DNA from: Desulfomonilia bacterium
Lineage (GTDB): Bacteria; Desulfobacterota; Desulfomonilia; UBA1062
Direction of reading: 5' to 3'
DNA: 64,000 bases
Assembly (NCBI GenBank): GCA_050014195.1
Contig: JBEKDT010000004.1
Coordinates: 1-64,000 of the forward strand
A program made the translations under genes and the position numbers. Each line of letters opens with the position of its first letter. Within the stretch, counting starts at the first letter, position 1. Positions 31,039 through 41,116 of the stretch are shown piece after piece. Under the pieces are notes generated by a model. The model was given only the letters and a program-made list of their open reading frames with translations, was not told where the DNA came from and did not search any database.

Positions 31039-31163
31039 ACCACGAAGGACACGAAGAGCACGAAAAAATATAAAAAAGCAGAACGGACATTTTTGGATTC
31101 CTTTTCCCCGGTCAGAGATTTCAAGAGGATTCTTTTCTTCGTGTCCTTCATGCTCTTCGTGGT
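31039..31163. repeat. Inverted pair of 9-nt periodic repeats (CACGAAGxx)x3
   Basis: ACCACGAAGGACACGAAGAGCACGAA (31039-31064) versus TTCGTGTCCTTCATGCTCTTCGTGGT (31138-31163). Confidence 0.75.
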
Positions 31164-31344
31164 TAAATATCCCTTTGTGTGCTCCTCAATGATCCGGGTA
31201 TGTTTTACTGTGATGAACCATCCTTCTTGCATTGATATGGTTGAATCTTATTGTGTTATGGTAAATTATCATTTACATCATGCACTTTTGTGACTTGGAC
31301 AAACGTTAAAGTTTTTCCTCTCAGCTTTCCGATGAGAGCCTTAG

Positions 31345-32388
31345 ATGGAAAAGAGAGAGAGCAAAAGGAAAAGAACCCATACCTGGGAAGATCTCCAAGC
31401 CAGGGCAAAGATCGGCAATAGCACGTTCCTATTCCCGGTGGTGGATATCTCCATAGGCGGCATCGGCGTGCTGGTGACTGATGGGTTCTCGCTGCTCCAA
31501 GTCGGCACACAAATTGAGATAGAGACCCTTGAGAAGAAAGGCAGGGTGATCGCTACGGAAATCCCGGGCCGTATCGCATACCTGGGTACGGGAGTACCGT
31601 CACGAGTAGGCATTGACTTCTCGCCTGCAGACACACCCATCGAGGCCTTTGCGCAACTCAATGAAGCCGCCCCGGATACGGGAAGAATTATTACCGACAA
31701 GGATCAGATCTACGCTATCTTCGAAAATGTCAAGTCCCTCTCCAGGGGATTCGGCGACATGCTCATGATGCACCGGCAAAAGGCAATTCCGGCGGAGTTC
31801 TTCTACCTGAGGCCCGAACAGGACAACATGGTACTGCGAATGGTGAGGATTTCCGAGCTCAGATTGCCCTTTGAACCCCAGGTGGACATGGTCTATCCCT
31901 TTTACCTCTTCAAGGGGATAGACGTGATGCTCTTTACGGCCAAGATCCAGGAGGTCATCAAGAACATCATGGAAACGACCTGGCCCGATGCACTGCGGCA
32001 CATAAGCAGGCGCAGCGTCATGAGATACCTGGTGACGGGCCATGAGCCGATTACAGCCACGATTGTCCACCCCTTGAATTCGGAAAAGATGAAAGTCTTT
32101 ATCTGGGACATAAGCATTGAGGGCATGGGTGTTGAGATCTTAAATGAAAAGACCCCATTGATCGAGGGCATGAATCTCTCCACCATTTGGATCGATCTCC
32201 CCCAGGGATCTGTGAAGACCATGGGTGTCGTTCGTTCGGTGAGGAGTGAGAGCGTTCTCGAAAAGACACAGGTGGGCATTGAATTCATAGGCGGCGCAGA
32301 GCACTACCAGGACAAGATCCTGAAGTTCGTCCTTGAGGCGGACCTGCCTTCAGAGGTCATCCTCAAGCAGGCAAATCACACCCGGTAA
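31345..32388 (+). CDS. Double PilZ-domain protein (putative c-di-GMP receptor)
   Basis: RxxxR + DISIGG near the N-terminus; RRSVMR + DISIEG in the C-terminal half. Confidence 0.8.
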   Translation: MEKRESKRKRTHTWEDLQARAKIGNSTFLFPVVDISIGGIGVLVTDGFSLLQVGTQIEIETLEKKGRVIATEIPGRIAYLGTGVPSRVGIDFSPADTPIEAFAQLNEAAPDTGRIITDKDQIYAIFENVKSLSRGFGDMLMMHRQKAIPAEFFYLRPEQDNMVLRMVRISELRLPFEPQVDMVYPFYLFKGIDVMLFTAKIQEVIKNIMETTWPDALRHISRRSVMRYLVTGHEPITATIVHPLNSEKMKVFIWDISIEGMGVEILNEKTPLIEGMNLSTIWIDLPQGSVKTMGVVRSVRSESVLEKTQVGIEFIGGAEHYQDKILKFVLEADLPSEVILKQANHTR

Positions 32389-33383
32389 TACCTTAGGTAC
32401 CATTCGACAAATCTTTGTATCCCTGTTTCTATAGTAACCTGCGGCCTGAAGTGAACGGCTGTCTCAAGATCCTGAACATCTGCATAGGTAGCCAACACAT
32501 CCCCCTGCTGAAGGGGGAGCATATTCTTTTTTGCTTGTTTGCCCAGGGTCTTCTCCAAAACTCCGATGAAATGCATGAGGTCAACGGGCCGAGAACCTCC
32601 GATATTGTATATCTTGTATGGGGCGAAGCTGCTGCCGGGGTCAGGGTGATGACCTTCCCAGCTCTGATCGGGCTTGGGAATCAAGGACATGACCCTTACA
32701 ATACCCTCTATGATGTCGTCTACATAGGTGAAGTCACGTTGCATCTTGCCGTAGTTGTATATGTCGATTGTGTCATCGTTAAGGATGGCTTTTGTGAACT
32801 TGAACAACGCCATGTCGGGCCTGCCCCAGGGACCGTAAACAGTGAAGAACCTTAACCCGGTGCATGGCAGGCCATACAAACTCGCATAGGTGTGGGCCAT
32901 GAGTTCGTTCGCCTTCTTGGTGGCTGCATAGAGCGAAAGAGGATGATCCACGTTGTCATGCACGGAAAAGGGCATTTTCGTGTTGGCCCCATAGACCGAT
33001 GAAGAGGAGGCATAGACGAGATGGGACACGGCGTTATGCCTGCAGCCCTCCAGGATGTGCAGGAAACCCACCAGGTTGGAATCAATATATGCAAAAGGGT
33101 TTTCAATGCTGTATCGAACACCTGCCTGGGCTGCCAAGTTCACCGCAACATCAAAACGTTGTTCCTTAAAGACCCTCTCCATGCCGGAGCGGTCCGTTAG
33201 ATCAAGCTTCTCAAATCTGAACTTGGGATAAGGCGCAAGCAGCTTAAGCCTGTCTTGTTTGAGTGCAGGGTCATAATACGCATTCACATTATCTATGCCA
33301 TATACATTTACCCCATCTTCAAGAAGACGTCTCGCAAGGTGGAACCCTATGAAACCCGCAACGCCGGTGACCAATACATTCAT
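32376..33383 (-). CDS. NAD-dependent epimerase (UDP-glucuronate 4-epimerase type)
   Basis: GVAGFIG, LAAQAGVRYS, YASSSSVYG, YAATKK, RFFTVYGPWGRPDMA. Confidence 0.93.
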   Translation of the reverse strand: MNVLVTGVAGFIGFHLARRLLEDGVNVYGIDNVNAYYDPALKQDRLKLLAPYPKFRFEKLDLTDRSGMERVFKEQRFDVAVNLAAQAGVRYSIENPFAYIDSNLVGFLHILEGCRHNAVSHLVYASSSSVYGANTKMPFSVHDNVDHPLSLYAATKKANELMAHTYASLYGLPCTGLRFFTVYGPWGRPDMALFKFTKAILNDDTIDIYNYGKMQRDFTYVDDIIEGIVRVMSLIPKPDQSWEGHHPDPGSSFAPYKIYNIGGSRPVDLMHFIGVLEKTLGKQAKKNMLPLQQGDVLATYADVQDLETAVHFRPQVTIETGIQRFVEWYLRYYRV

Positions 33384-33416
33384 TGCATATCCTCCGAATG
33401 CTGCATCATTAAGAAT

Positions 33417-34055
33417 TCAAAAGACAACGAGACGGGGTATCTCATAAATATTCTCTACGCTCAAAAGAAAACCCTCCGGGTCATGAGCCCCTACAAGTAC
33501 GGCTGCCATCCCCACGTTAAGGGCGGTGCGGGCATTTGCTATACTGTCATCCACAACAAGGTAATCCTGCGATAAGCCCCCATATTGCTCTATGACCTTG
33601 TAGTATGCCCAGGGAAGGGGTTTGGGGATGAAATCCATGTATTCGATGGTAAACAGGTCAAAGACCATGTCATCAATGCCCAATGCATGTAAGATACGAC
33701 TTGCATACTCATACGAGCCATTCGTGAACACTACCAGTTTGCCTGTGAGTACACCAAGGGCATCATGAAGTCTTTCATCGCGTCGAAGAAGCTCTTCAAC
33801 CGGCACATCGTGAACATCCTTAAGGTAATGGCAGGGGTCAATTCCATAATGGCGCATGAGGCCCTGCAGTGTCGAACCATAGGCCTCGATATAGGTCTTC
33901 CGGAGCCGCCGGGCACCCTCCAGATCAACATCACATACGGACATCACATAGGTATCGATCCTGCGATTCACATGGGCAAACGGACCGGTGCCCTTGGGGT
34001 AGAGTGTATCATCCACGTCGAGCAGGATTGTGTTCACGCATATATTCCTTCTCAT
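33417..34055 (-). CDS. HAD-family pyrimidine 5'-nucleotidase
   Basis: DVDDTLY, YGSTLQGL, FTNG, PKP, VDDS; exact start uncertain. Confidence 0.85.
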   Translation of the reverse strand: MRRNICVNTILLDVDDTLYPKGTGPFAHVNRRIDTYVMSVCDVDLEGARRLRKTYIEAYGSTLQGLMRHYGIDPCHYLKDVHDVPVEELLRRDERLHDALGVLTGKLVVFTNGSYEYASRILHALGIDDMVFDLFTIEYMDFIPKPLPWAYYKVIEQYGGLSQDYLVVDDSIANARTALNVGMAAVLVGAHDPEGFLLSVENIYEIPRLVVF

Positions 34056-34100
34056 GAGTCAAAAGTTTTAAGAACATCCCGGTTAATCAACCTACTGAGG

Positions 34101-35126
34101 CTACTCTTCGTCGAACATGTCCGTCTGCTTGGTCTTGGGATCAAGATCAAGGGCCTTGTATCCCTTGTTACAGACCTGCCTGCCCCGGGGGGTGCGTCTG
34201 ACATAACCTTTCTGGATGAGGAAAGGTTCGTAGACATCCTCTATGGTGTCCTTGTCTTCGCCTATGGATGCAGCCAGTGACTCAATGCCCACAGGGCCAC
34301 CGGAAAAGGAGTTTACCATGGTCTCGATAATCTTCCTGTCCATCCGGTCGAGCCCTGTCTTGTCGATGTCGAGCCTGGTAAGGGCCGAGTCTGCAATTCC
34401 GGATTCGATCCTTCCGCCTCCCAACACATCGGCAAAGTCCCTGACCCTTCTCAGCAGCCTGTTTGCAATCCTCGGAGTACCCCTGGACCTTCGCGCAATC
34501 TCATAAAGGCCTTCCTCATCAGCACCAATGCCGAGGATACGTGCTGAGCGTCTGATAATCGTGGCAAGCTCGTCAGTGGAGTAGAACTCAAGGTGGCCGA
34601 TAATACCGAAGCGGTCTCTTAAGGGCGATGTGATCATTCCTGCCCTTGTGGTGGCACCTATCAGGGTGAAGGGGTTGAGGTCGATACGGATCGACCGGGC
34701 AGACGGCCCCTGACCGATAATGATATCGAGCTTGAACTCCTCCATGGCCGGGTACAGGATCTCTTCGATGGCCGCTCCCAGCCTGTGGATCTCATCGATG
34801 AAGAGCACATCCCTGGGCTCGAGGTTTGTCAGGATCGCGGCCAGGTCGCCCGATTTCTCAATGGCCGGTCCGCTCGTTACCCGCAAACCCACCTGAAGCT
34901 CATGGGCGATGATGTGGGCGAGTGTGGTCTTGCCGAGGCCGGGAGGGCCGTAGAACAGGCAGTGGTCTAGGGCTTCGCCCCGCCCTTTTGTCGCCTTGAT
35001 AAAGACCTCCAGGTTGCTCTTGAGTGAATTCTGCCCCACGTACTCCTTAAAGGTCTGCGGGCGAATCTTGGCCTCAACCTCACACTCGTCCCCGCCCTGG
35101 GGAGTACCTGCAAGATCCTCTCTCAT
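34101..35126 (-). CDS. ruvB: Holliday junction branch migration helicase
   Basis: [41 protein letters not shown]. Confidence 0.97.
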   Translation of the reverse strand: MREDLAGTPQGGDECEVEAKIRPQTFKEYVGQNSLKSNLEVFIKATKGRGEALDHCLFYGPPGLGKTTLAHIIAHELQVGLRVTSGPAIEKSGDLAAILTNLEPRDVLFIDEIHRLGAAIEEILYPAMEEFKLDIIIGQGPSARSIRIDLNPFTLIGATTRAGMITSPLRDRFGIIGHLEFYSTDELATIIRRSARILGIGADEEGLYEIARRSRGTPRIANRLLRRVRDFADVLGGGRIESGIADSALTRLDIDKTGLDRMDRKIIETMVNSFSGGPVGIESLAASIGEDKDTIEDVYEPFLIQKGYVRRTPRGRQVCNKGYKALDLDPKTKQTDMFDEE

Positions 35127-35689
35127 AGCAGCTCCTTCAACGCCTTCCTTACGAGTTCTTCCACGGTGTCAGCCTTGACCTTTGATACCGCCTTGTGCGC
35201 CTGATTCTCGGAATATCCCAGCGTCACAAGCGCGGCTACTGCATCTTCCCCCATGTCCCTCATAGATCCGCGGACTGAGGGTTTATAATGCCTGGCAATC
35301 CTTTCCTTGAGCTCCAGGATAATGCGCTGGGCACTTTTGTTGCCGATGCCCGGCAGGCCCATGAGATAGGATACGTTTCCACCGACCACCTCGTCGAGAA
35401 ACCTGTTGGGCTCCACGGACGAGACGATGTTCATGGCCGTCTTGGGGCCGATGCCCGATACACCGAGCAGGAGTGCAAAGATCTCCCGCTGGCGCTGATC
35501 AATAAAACCATAGAGGTCCATGCAATCCTGGCGGACGATGAGCATGGTATGCAGTATCACTTCACCGTCATTCGCCGGGGTCAGGTGTGTCCCGGCAGGC
35601 ACATGCACCAGGTAGCCCACCCCTCCAACCATAAGAACAACCTGGTTTCCGGATTGCTGGGCAACCAGCCCTTTCAGCATGCTGATCAC
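35123..35689 (-). CDS. ruvA: Holliday junction binding protein
   Basis: [31 protein letters not shown]. Confidence 0.95.
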   Translation of the reverse strand: MISMLKGLVAQQSGNQVVLMVGGVGYLVHVPAGTHLTPANDGEVILHTMLIVRQDCMDLYGFIDQRQREIFALLLGVSGIGPKTAMNIVSSVEPNRFLDEVVGGNVSYLMGLPGIGNKSAQRIILELKERIARHYKPSVRGSMRDMGEDAVAALVTLGYSENQAHKAVSKVKADTVEELVRKALKELL

Positions 35690-36180
35690 TGCACAAGCCT
35701 CCTCATCAGGCGTGACGACGAATGGCAGACACCGACGGCCAGTGCGTCGGATGCATCGAGAGAGGTGAGAGCTCTTTTAGAGAGGTGGAGAATAGTGCTT
35801 ACCATGGCATGGATCTGGTCCTTACCGGCATGACCGTAGCCGCAGGTGGCCTTCTTGACCTCAGTGGGGGTATACTCGAATATAGGGATACCCTGCACAG
35901 CGGCGGCAAGCAGGATGACGCCCTTGGCTTGTCCGAGCTTGAGGGCTGTCTGGGAGTTCAAGGCATGAAAGGAGGTCTCTACGGCAACCTCTGCAGGACA
36001 GTACTGGCGGAAGACCTCTGTCAGTCCGTCAAAGATCTCTTTAAGCCTCCCTGCACTGTCATCCGAACGGGGCCTTATGGTCCCGTGACCGACATGGATC
36101 AGGCTCGTAGGCTTTGAGCACATTTCAAGAATACCGTAGCCGGTGGACTTGGTACCAGGATCTATTCCGCAGATTATCAT
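35686..36180 (-). CDS. ruvC: Holliday junction resolvase
   Basis: GIDPG, AVE, EYTPTEVKK, DASDALA. Confidence 0.95.
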   Translation of the reverse strand: MIICGIDPGTKSTGYGILEMCSKPTSLIHVGHGTIRPRSDDSAGRLKEIFDGLTEVFRQYCPAEVAVETSFHALNSQTALKLGQAKGVILLAAAVQGIPIFEYTPTEVKKATCGYGHAGKDQIHAMVSTILHLSKRALTSLDASDALAVGVCHSSSRLMRRLVQ

Positions 36181-36929
36181 TATCCCTGCAGTTGGGCCAT
36201 CTCCTCATCATCGATATCGAAGTTCGAGGAAACCGCCTGTACATCCTCGAGGTCTTCGAGTGCATCCAGCAGCTTCAAGGTTTGCTGGGCCGGCTTGCCG
36301 GTGAGCGTAACGTTGGTCTGGGGTATCATCTGGACCTCGAGCTGATTGTACTTTATACCCTTGGCCTCCAATGCAGACCTTAAGCCCTCAATGTCTTCCG
36401 GCGCCGTGAGGATCTCAAAGGTTTCTCCTGTGTCCGATATGTCATCGGCCCCGGCACTCAGGGCAATGTCATAGAGGGTCTCTTCGTCAACGGTCTGCTT
36501 ATCGATGGATGCATATCCCTTCTTGTCGAACATCCAGTTCACGCAGCCTGTTTCGCCCAAGTTGCCGTTGTATTTGGCAAAGAGGTGCCGTATGTCCGCC
36601 ACTGCCCGGTTTTTGTTGTCTGTAAGCACCTTCACGAGCACAGCCACACCGCTCGGTCCATAGCCTTCGTAGGTGATCTCCTCAAAGGATGCCCCTTCAA
36701 GCCCGCCGGTACCCTTCTTGATGGCACGCTCGATGTTGTCCTTGGGCATGTTGGAGGCCTTGGCGGAGCTTACGGCAGCCCTCAGCCGGGCATTGCCCTC
36801 GATATCACCACCGCCCATGCGGGCCGCAACGGTAATCTCCTTAATGATCTTGGAGAAGAGCTTGCCCCGCTTGGCATCTGCAGCGCCCTTCTTGTGCTTG
36901 ATTGTGGACCACTTATTGTGACCGGACAT
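36180..36929 (-). CDS. yebC: YebC/PmpR family protein
   Basis: [27 protein letters not shown]. Confidence 0.95.
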   Translation of the reverse strand: MSGHNKWSTIKHKKGAADAKRGKLFSKIIKEITVAARMGGGDIEGNARLRAAVSSAKASNMPKDNIERAIKKGTGGLEGASFEEITYEGYGPSGVAVLVKVLTDNKNRAVADIRHLFAKYNGNLGETGCVNWMFDKKGYASIDKQTVDEETLYDIALSAGADDISDTGETFEILTAPEDIEGLRSALEAKGIKYNQLEVQMIPQTNVTLTGKPAQQTLKLLDALEDLEDVQAVSSNFDIDDEEMAQLQG

Positions 36930-37084
36930 ACACCATCCTCCCCTTTTTCACACGTCTCCTTTAAGGTTCACACGTATTTATCACAGTGAATGCATAATGA
37001 CAAGCAGGCCGAATGGTGGGATTGCTTCTGTCATGAGCACCCATGCGGGTCAGGGGAGGTCTTCGCAGCTTGTGAGTCGATTCA

Positions 37085-37314
37085 TGGAGGAGCGCCTTCA
37101 GGCGCGACACGGACAGGACCATAGGTGAGAAACGATTCGGTGTATTCTAAGTTTATGGAAGGTCGCGGCTGAACCCGCTTCTACAAATACAATCACCACT
37201 TCATGCGCAGCGATGTAGGAGCGCCTTCAGGCGCGACACGGGCAGGATCCTAAATATGAAACAATTCGGCATATCCTAGGTTTACGCAAGGTCGCGGCTG
37301 AAGCCGCTCCTACA
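37085..37314. repeat. Two tandem ~100-bp REP doublets (GTAG-type)
   Basis: Units 37085-37185 and 37214-37314, each (GTA)GGAGCGCCTTCAGGCGCGAC ... GTCGCGGCTGAASCCGCTYCTACA with homologous spacers. Confidence 0.85.
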
Positions 37315-37325
37315 GATTCAAACCT

Positions 37326-38072
37326 CTATCCTTCCGCTTTCCCGTAGCTCTTCATGATCCTGGCGATATAGTTGCGGGTCTCTTCAGGCAAGTTCCCGGT
37401 GGTACTTCGCTCCAGATTCCCCATGCCCCAGTTGTATGCAGCCAGGGCCATCCTCACATCGCCGTTGTATCTATCCAGAAGGCTCTTGAGAAAGCGGGTG
37501 CCTGCCATGACGTTCTGCTCAGGGTCATAGGCATTGGTCACACCGAGACCTTTAGCCGTATCCGGCATGAGCTGCATGAGCCCCATGGCACCTTTGGATG
37601 AGGTTGACTTTGCATCAAAATCACTCTCCGCCCTGATTACCGAGGTGATAAGACCTTTGTCGACGCCATAGGTGGAAGATGCCTTGTCAATGATATCATT
37701 CAAATCCGCAGGTGGCCTAATTGATGCGGCAGATGGCTCAGACTGTTGGACTTTTGACTCCTGCTGTCCAACACCCTGGATATCGGGCATGCTGAGCATG
37801 AAGTTGAAACCTGCTGTCGGACCCTCCCCTTCATCACCTGCGAATGTACTCATGACGGCCTGGCTCATCTGGACCTTGACAAGATCCAGTATGATAGCAA
37901 GCTTTTCCTTATCAATCTTCGGGTCTGAGCCTTCAGAGCCCTTTTGCACCACCGATTCCAGTAATTGAGAAAAATATCCCGGCGCTGCTGCAGAGTCCTG
38001 GGCCGTTGTAGTGCATTTTGCAGAAAACCCCTGGATCAATCGCTCCAGTGCATCTTCCGAGGTAACCTTCAT
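37326..38072 (-). CDS. Lytic transglycosylase (SLT domain)
   Basis: VIRAESDF, SSKGAMGLMQLMP, ALAAYNWG, ETRNY; start reassigned to ATG 38072. Confidence 0.9.
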   Translation of the reverse strand: MKVTSEDALERLIQGFSAKCTTTAQDSAAAPGYFSQLLESVVQKGSEGSDPKIDKEKLAIILDLVKVQMSQAVMSTFAGDEGEGPTAGFNFMLSMPDIQGVGQQESKVQQSEPSAASIRPPADLNDIIDKASSTYGVDKGLITSVIRAESDFDAKSTSSKGAMGLMQLMPDTAKGLGVTNAYDPEQNVMAGTRFLKSLLDRYNGDVRMALAAYNWGMGNLERSTTGNLPEETRNYIARIMKSYGKAEG

Positions 38073-38193
38073 CCTGCCCCTCCTCTGGTGTCTATAATAG
38101 ATATACAAAGTCCGTGCCATATTCCCGGCGCAGAATATTATCCGGCCCGGTCTTGGTAATGGATGATGATATCTTCTTTTATGAAAGGTCGAT

Positions 38194-39639
38194 TCACCTG
38201 AAAAACAGGAGCCAGATGACGATAAACAGCGGACCGAGTATGGGCAGTGAATAATAGAGGACATACTCCATGAAATGAGGTACCCTCACATGGCTCTGTT
38301 CGGCAATGGATTTAACCATGAAGTTCGGTCCGTTTCCTATGTATGTCCCTGCACCGAACATCACGGCCCCTGCGGATATGGCCTGGATATACTTCCATGA
38401 TTGAGCCGTGACCGGCTGGAGGTGGGAAGCCTGTAAGAGATGCAATTGCTGAATCCCCGATGCGGGAAGTGAACCGAGCATGGCCTGCATATGCACAGGG
38501 TTATCCACGCTGAGCCCGTGAAGGCCGAAAGCTGCACTTAAAAAATTAAGGTATGTAGGGGCGTTATCAAGGATGGTGGACAACAGCCCCGAGCACCAGT
38601 AGAACTGTGCCGGGCTCAAAATACCCAGACTCCCTGCATTTAATTCAAGCCAGTCCAGGGCAGGAACCATGGTGACAAAGATTCCGGCAAAGAGAATGGC
38701 CACTTCTTTTATGGGGATAAAATTGAAATGGTTCTGCGCATGGATTTGCTGCTTTGTAGTGAAATAGCTTGCTGCAGCAGCGCTGATCATAACCACCTCT
38801 CTTAAGGGTTCCTTCAGGAATACAGCACCGATGATCATGAGGAGAAAGATTATGTTGTGCAGACCATCTACTGCCGGGTGCTCGCCTGCTTCCTCTATTT
38901 TGTGCTCCAGGGTGTCCGGGACCTTTTTATAATCGTGATAGTCGATGATATAGAAGACCAGGAGTACTGCCGAAAGTGCAACGAGCCAGATATACCAGAC
39001 ACGCGAGATGACCCAAAAAAACGGTACACCCTTGAGATACCCCAGGAAGAGCGGGGGATCTCCAATAGGTGTGAGCAGCCCGCCGATGTTTGAGACTATG
39101 AAGATGAAGAATACGATATGATAACCCGATATCCTATACCTGTTCACCCTGATATAGGGTCTGATGAGCACCATGGACGCGCCGGTCGTACCGAGGAAAT
39201 TCGAAATAACCGCACCGATTGCCAGGAGGATGACATTTGCATGAGGTGTCGACCTTCCTTTTATTCTGATATGGATGCCGCCCGAGACTACATAGAGGGA
39301 ACCGATAAGGGAGATAAAGCCTATGTACTCATATGCCGTGCTCATCATCCTCGGTCCGTTCTTGAGGACGAGGAAATAGTAAATCAGCGGGACCAGACCT
39401 AGAACAAGACAGACTCCTGCATACTTCTTTTTCCACCAGTCGGCATTGATAAACGGCATAAAGGCAATAGCAATCAGCAATACGATAAAAGGTGCGATCA
39501 GGGCCGGATGAACAGGGACTATTGCATATTCAAGGGCATGCGCATCCAGGGGTGAGAAAAAGAACAAAACAACACTGCCTGAAAAACGAGAGTGAAAGGT
39601 TTTTCCCAAGGATGACCCCATTATATGCCCAGAGAACAT
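38194..39639 (-). CDS. Ion-transporter superfamily sodium:proton antiporter / CitMHS-like permease
   Basis: GTTGASM, SNIGGLLTPIGDPPLFLGY, LDNAPTY, TYIGNGPNFMVK; start uncertain. Confidence 0.85.
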   Translation of the reverse strand: MFSGHIMGSSLGKTFHSRFSGSVVLFFFSPLDAHALEYAIVPVHPALIAPFIVLLIAIAFMPFINADWWKKKYAGVCLVLGLVPLIYYFLVLKNGPRMMSTAYEYIGFISLIGSLYVVSGGIHIRIKGRSTPHANVILLAIGAVISNFLGTTGASMVLIRPYIRVNRYRISGYHIVFFIFIVSNIGGLLTPIGDPPLFLGYLKGVPFFWVISRVWYIWLVALSAVLLVFYIIDYHDYKKVPDTLEHKIEEAGEHPAVDGLHNIIFLLMIIGAVFLKEPLREVVMISAAAASYFTTKQQIHAQNHFNFIPIKEVAILFAGIFVTMVPALDWLELNAGSLGILSPAQFYWCSGLLSTILDNAPTYLNFLSAAFGLHGLSVDNPVHMQAMLGSLPASGIQQLHLLQASHLQPVTAQSWKYIQAISAGAVMFGAGTYIGNGPNFMVKSIAEQSHVRVPHFMEYVLYYSLPILGPLFIVIWLLFFR

Positions 39640-39723
39640 ATATTGCCTTCAAATCGTGTAAGGTTCACTCATCCTCTCAACCAACTACGATCTACTTTTT
39701 TAACTCCCATAACAATACCATCA

Positions 39724-39744
39724 TTTCTCCATAAGGTCTCCACA
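39724..39744 (+). promoter_or_regulatory. Candidate OmpR/BaeR-type direct-repeat box
   Basis: TCTCCATA and TCTCCACA at 11-nt phase; the same motif occurs at 42675, 47750 and 50624. Confidence 0.6.
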
Positions 39745-39789
39745 TTCATGTGCAATAATCCATATATAAAAAATAAAGGAGCACATAAG

Positions 39790-40239
39790 ATGAAAAGATT
39801 TGTTGCAACCATGACAACCATTCTGACAATCGGCATCCTCCTTTCCGGTATGGCCTATGCATTGGGGCAACCCCAAGGGCCGCCGCCGGAGGGATCATCC
39901 ATGTCGCCATTCCCCCATCAGGGGCCGCATGAGTCTTTCTTACCCTGCGGGCTGGTCTTTCTGGCAAGATGTCAGGAGATTAATGTTATTGCCGAGCTCA
40001 CCGGTTTGACCCAGGAGAATGTCAAGCAACTGCTCATAAGCAGTCCTCCTGCTGCCATTCTGGATGCATACGGGGTCCCGTTTGAGACCTACGTTCAAGC
40101 CATGGATAAACAGACCACGAAGCTGGTCAAGCAGGCCTCAGCAGCCGGCATAATCACCAAAAAGCAGGAAGAAGAAATCCTGAAAAGGATGACTCAGAAA
40201 CTCCTCAGGCCGGGCCACATGAAAAAAGAACTGCAATGA
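39790..40239 (+). CDS. Secreted hypothetical protein
   Basis: SD AAGGAG; MKRF... signal peptide ending AYA; Pro-rich linker; helical domain. Confidence 0.75.
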   Translation: MKRFVATMTTILTIGILLSGMAYALGQPQGPPPEGSSMSPFPHQGPHESFLPCGLVFLARCQEINVIAELTGLTQENVKQLLISSPPAAILDAYGVPFETYVQAMDKQTTKLVKQASAAGIITKKQEEEILKRMTQKLLRPGHMKKELQ

Positions 40240-40415
40240 TGCACCCTCCTCTTCCTTGTACATACAATCTCGTACCAACAGAGGTCCCGGGGTATGGCCT
40301 ATGAGCCCGGGACCTCGAAGGGCTCCATCGGTGAGCCTTTTTACACTGCCGGATTCGGCCGGTCAGCCGTACTCCTGATGCGAACATGCACACTCACCAA
40401 GAGAAGACACATTCT

Positions 40416-41099
40416 TTAGGACACTTGGAGTTTGTATCCTACTCCATAGATGGAACAGATGATATCTTGTCCCGGCAGGAGACCGGCGATCTTCCTGCGC
40501 AGGTTCTTGATGTGGGTGTCCACGGTTCGGTCATAACCCTCATAGTCGTATCCCTGCACGCGGTTTACGAGCTCGCTGCGCGAAAAGACACGGCCCGGAT
40601 AGGCCATGAAAACCCTGAGCAGGTTGAACTCAATGGGAGTCAACTTGAGGTCTTGACCGTCAAGAGTGACCTCGCGAGTCTCTTCATTCAGCACGATACT
40701 GCCCGCTTTCAGGGTATTGCCATCTTTGAAAGGTAGTATACGCCTTAAGACCGCTTTTACCCGTGCCACCATCTCACGGGGGCTGAAGGGCTTGCAGATG
40801 TAGTCATCAGCGCCAAGCTCCAGCCCGAGCAGGCGGTCGATCTCCTCCACCCTGGCCGTGACCATGATGATGGGAATGTGTGAGATCTTCCTGACACCCT
40901 TACATACATCCATCCCATCCATCCCCGGCAGCATGATGTCCAGCAGGATCAGATCCACCGCCTTCTCGTTCAGAAAAGGCATCACGGCATCTCCCCGTTC
41001 AAGACATGATACCCGGTACCCGGATTTTTCCAGATAATCCTTCATGAGTGCTGCGATTTTCTGCTCGTCTTCAACGATGAGGATATATTCCTGCGCCAT
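40416..41099 (-). CDS. baeR: OmpR-family response regulator (BaeR-like)
   Basis: ILIVEDE, LLDIMLP, GADDYICKPFSPRE, DRTVDTHIKNLRRK. Confidence 0.88.
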   Translation of the reverse strand: MAQEYILIVEDEQKIAALMKDYLEKSGYRVSCLERGDAVMPFLNEKAVDLILLDIMLPGMDGMDVCKGVRKISHIPIIMVTARVEEIDRLLGLELGADDYICKPFSPREMVARVKAVLRRILPFKDGNTLKAGSIVLNEETREVTLDGQDLKLTPIEFNLLRVFMAYPGRVFSRSELVNRVQGYDYEGYDRTVDTHIKNLRRKIAGLLPGQDIICSIYGVGYKLQVS

Positions 41100-41116
41100 A
41101 GTGGTTCCCCTTGGTA

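Noticed and set aside
30975-31293. Short ORFs over the CACGAAG repeats
   Set aside because: They appear to be translations of the inverted repeat element, with no SD or family motif.
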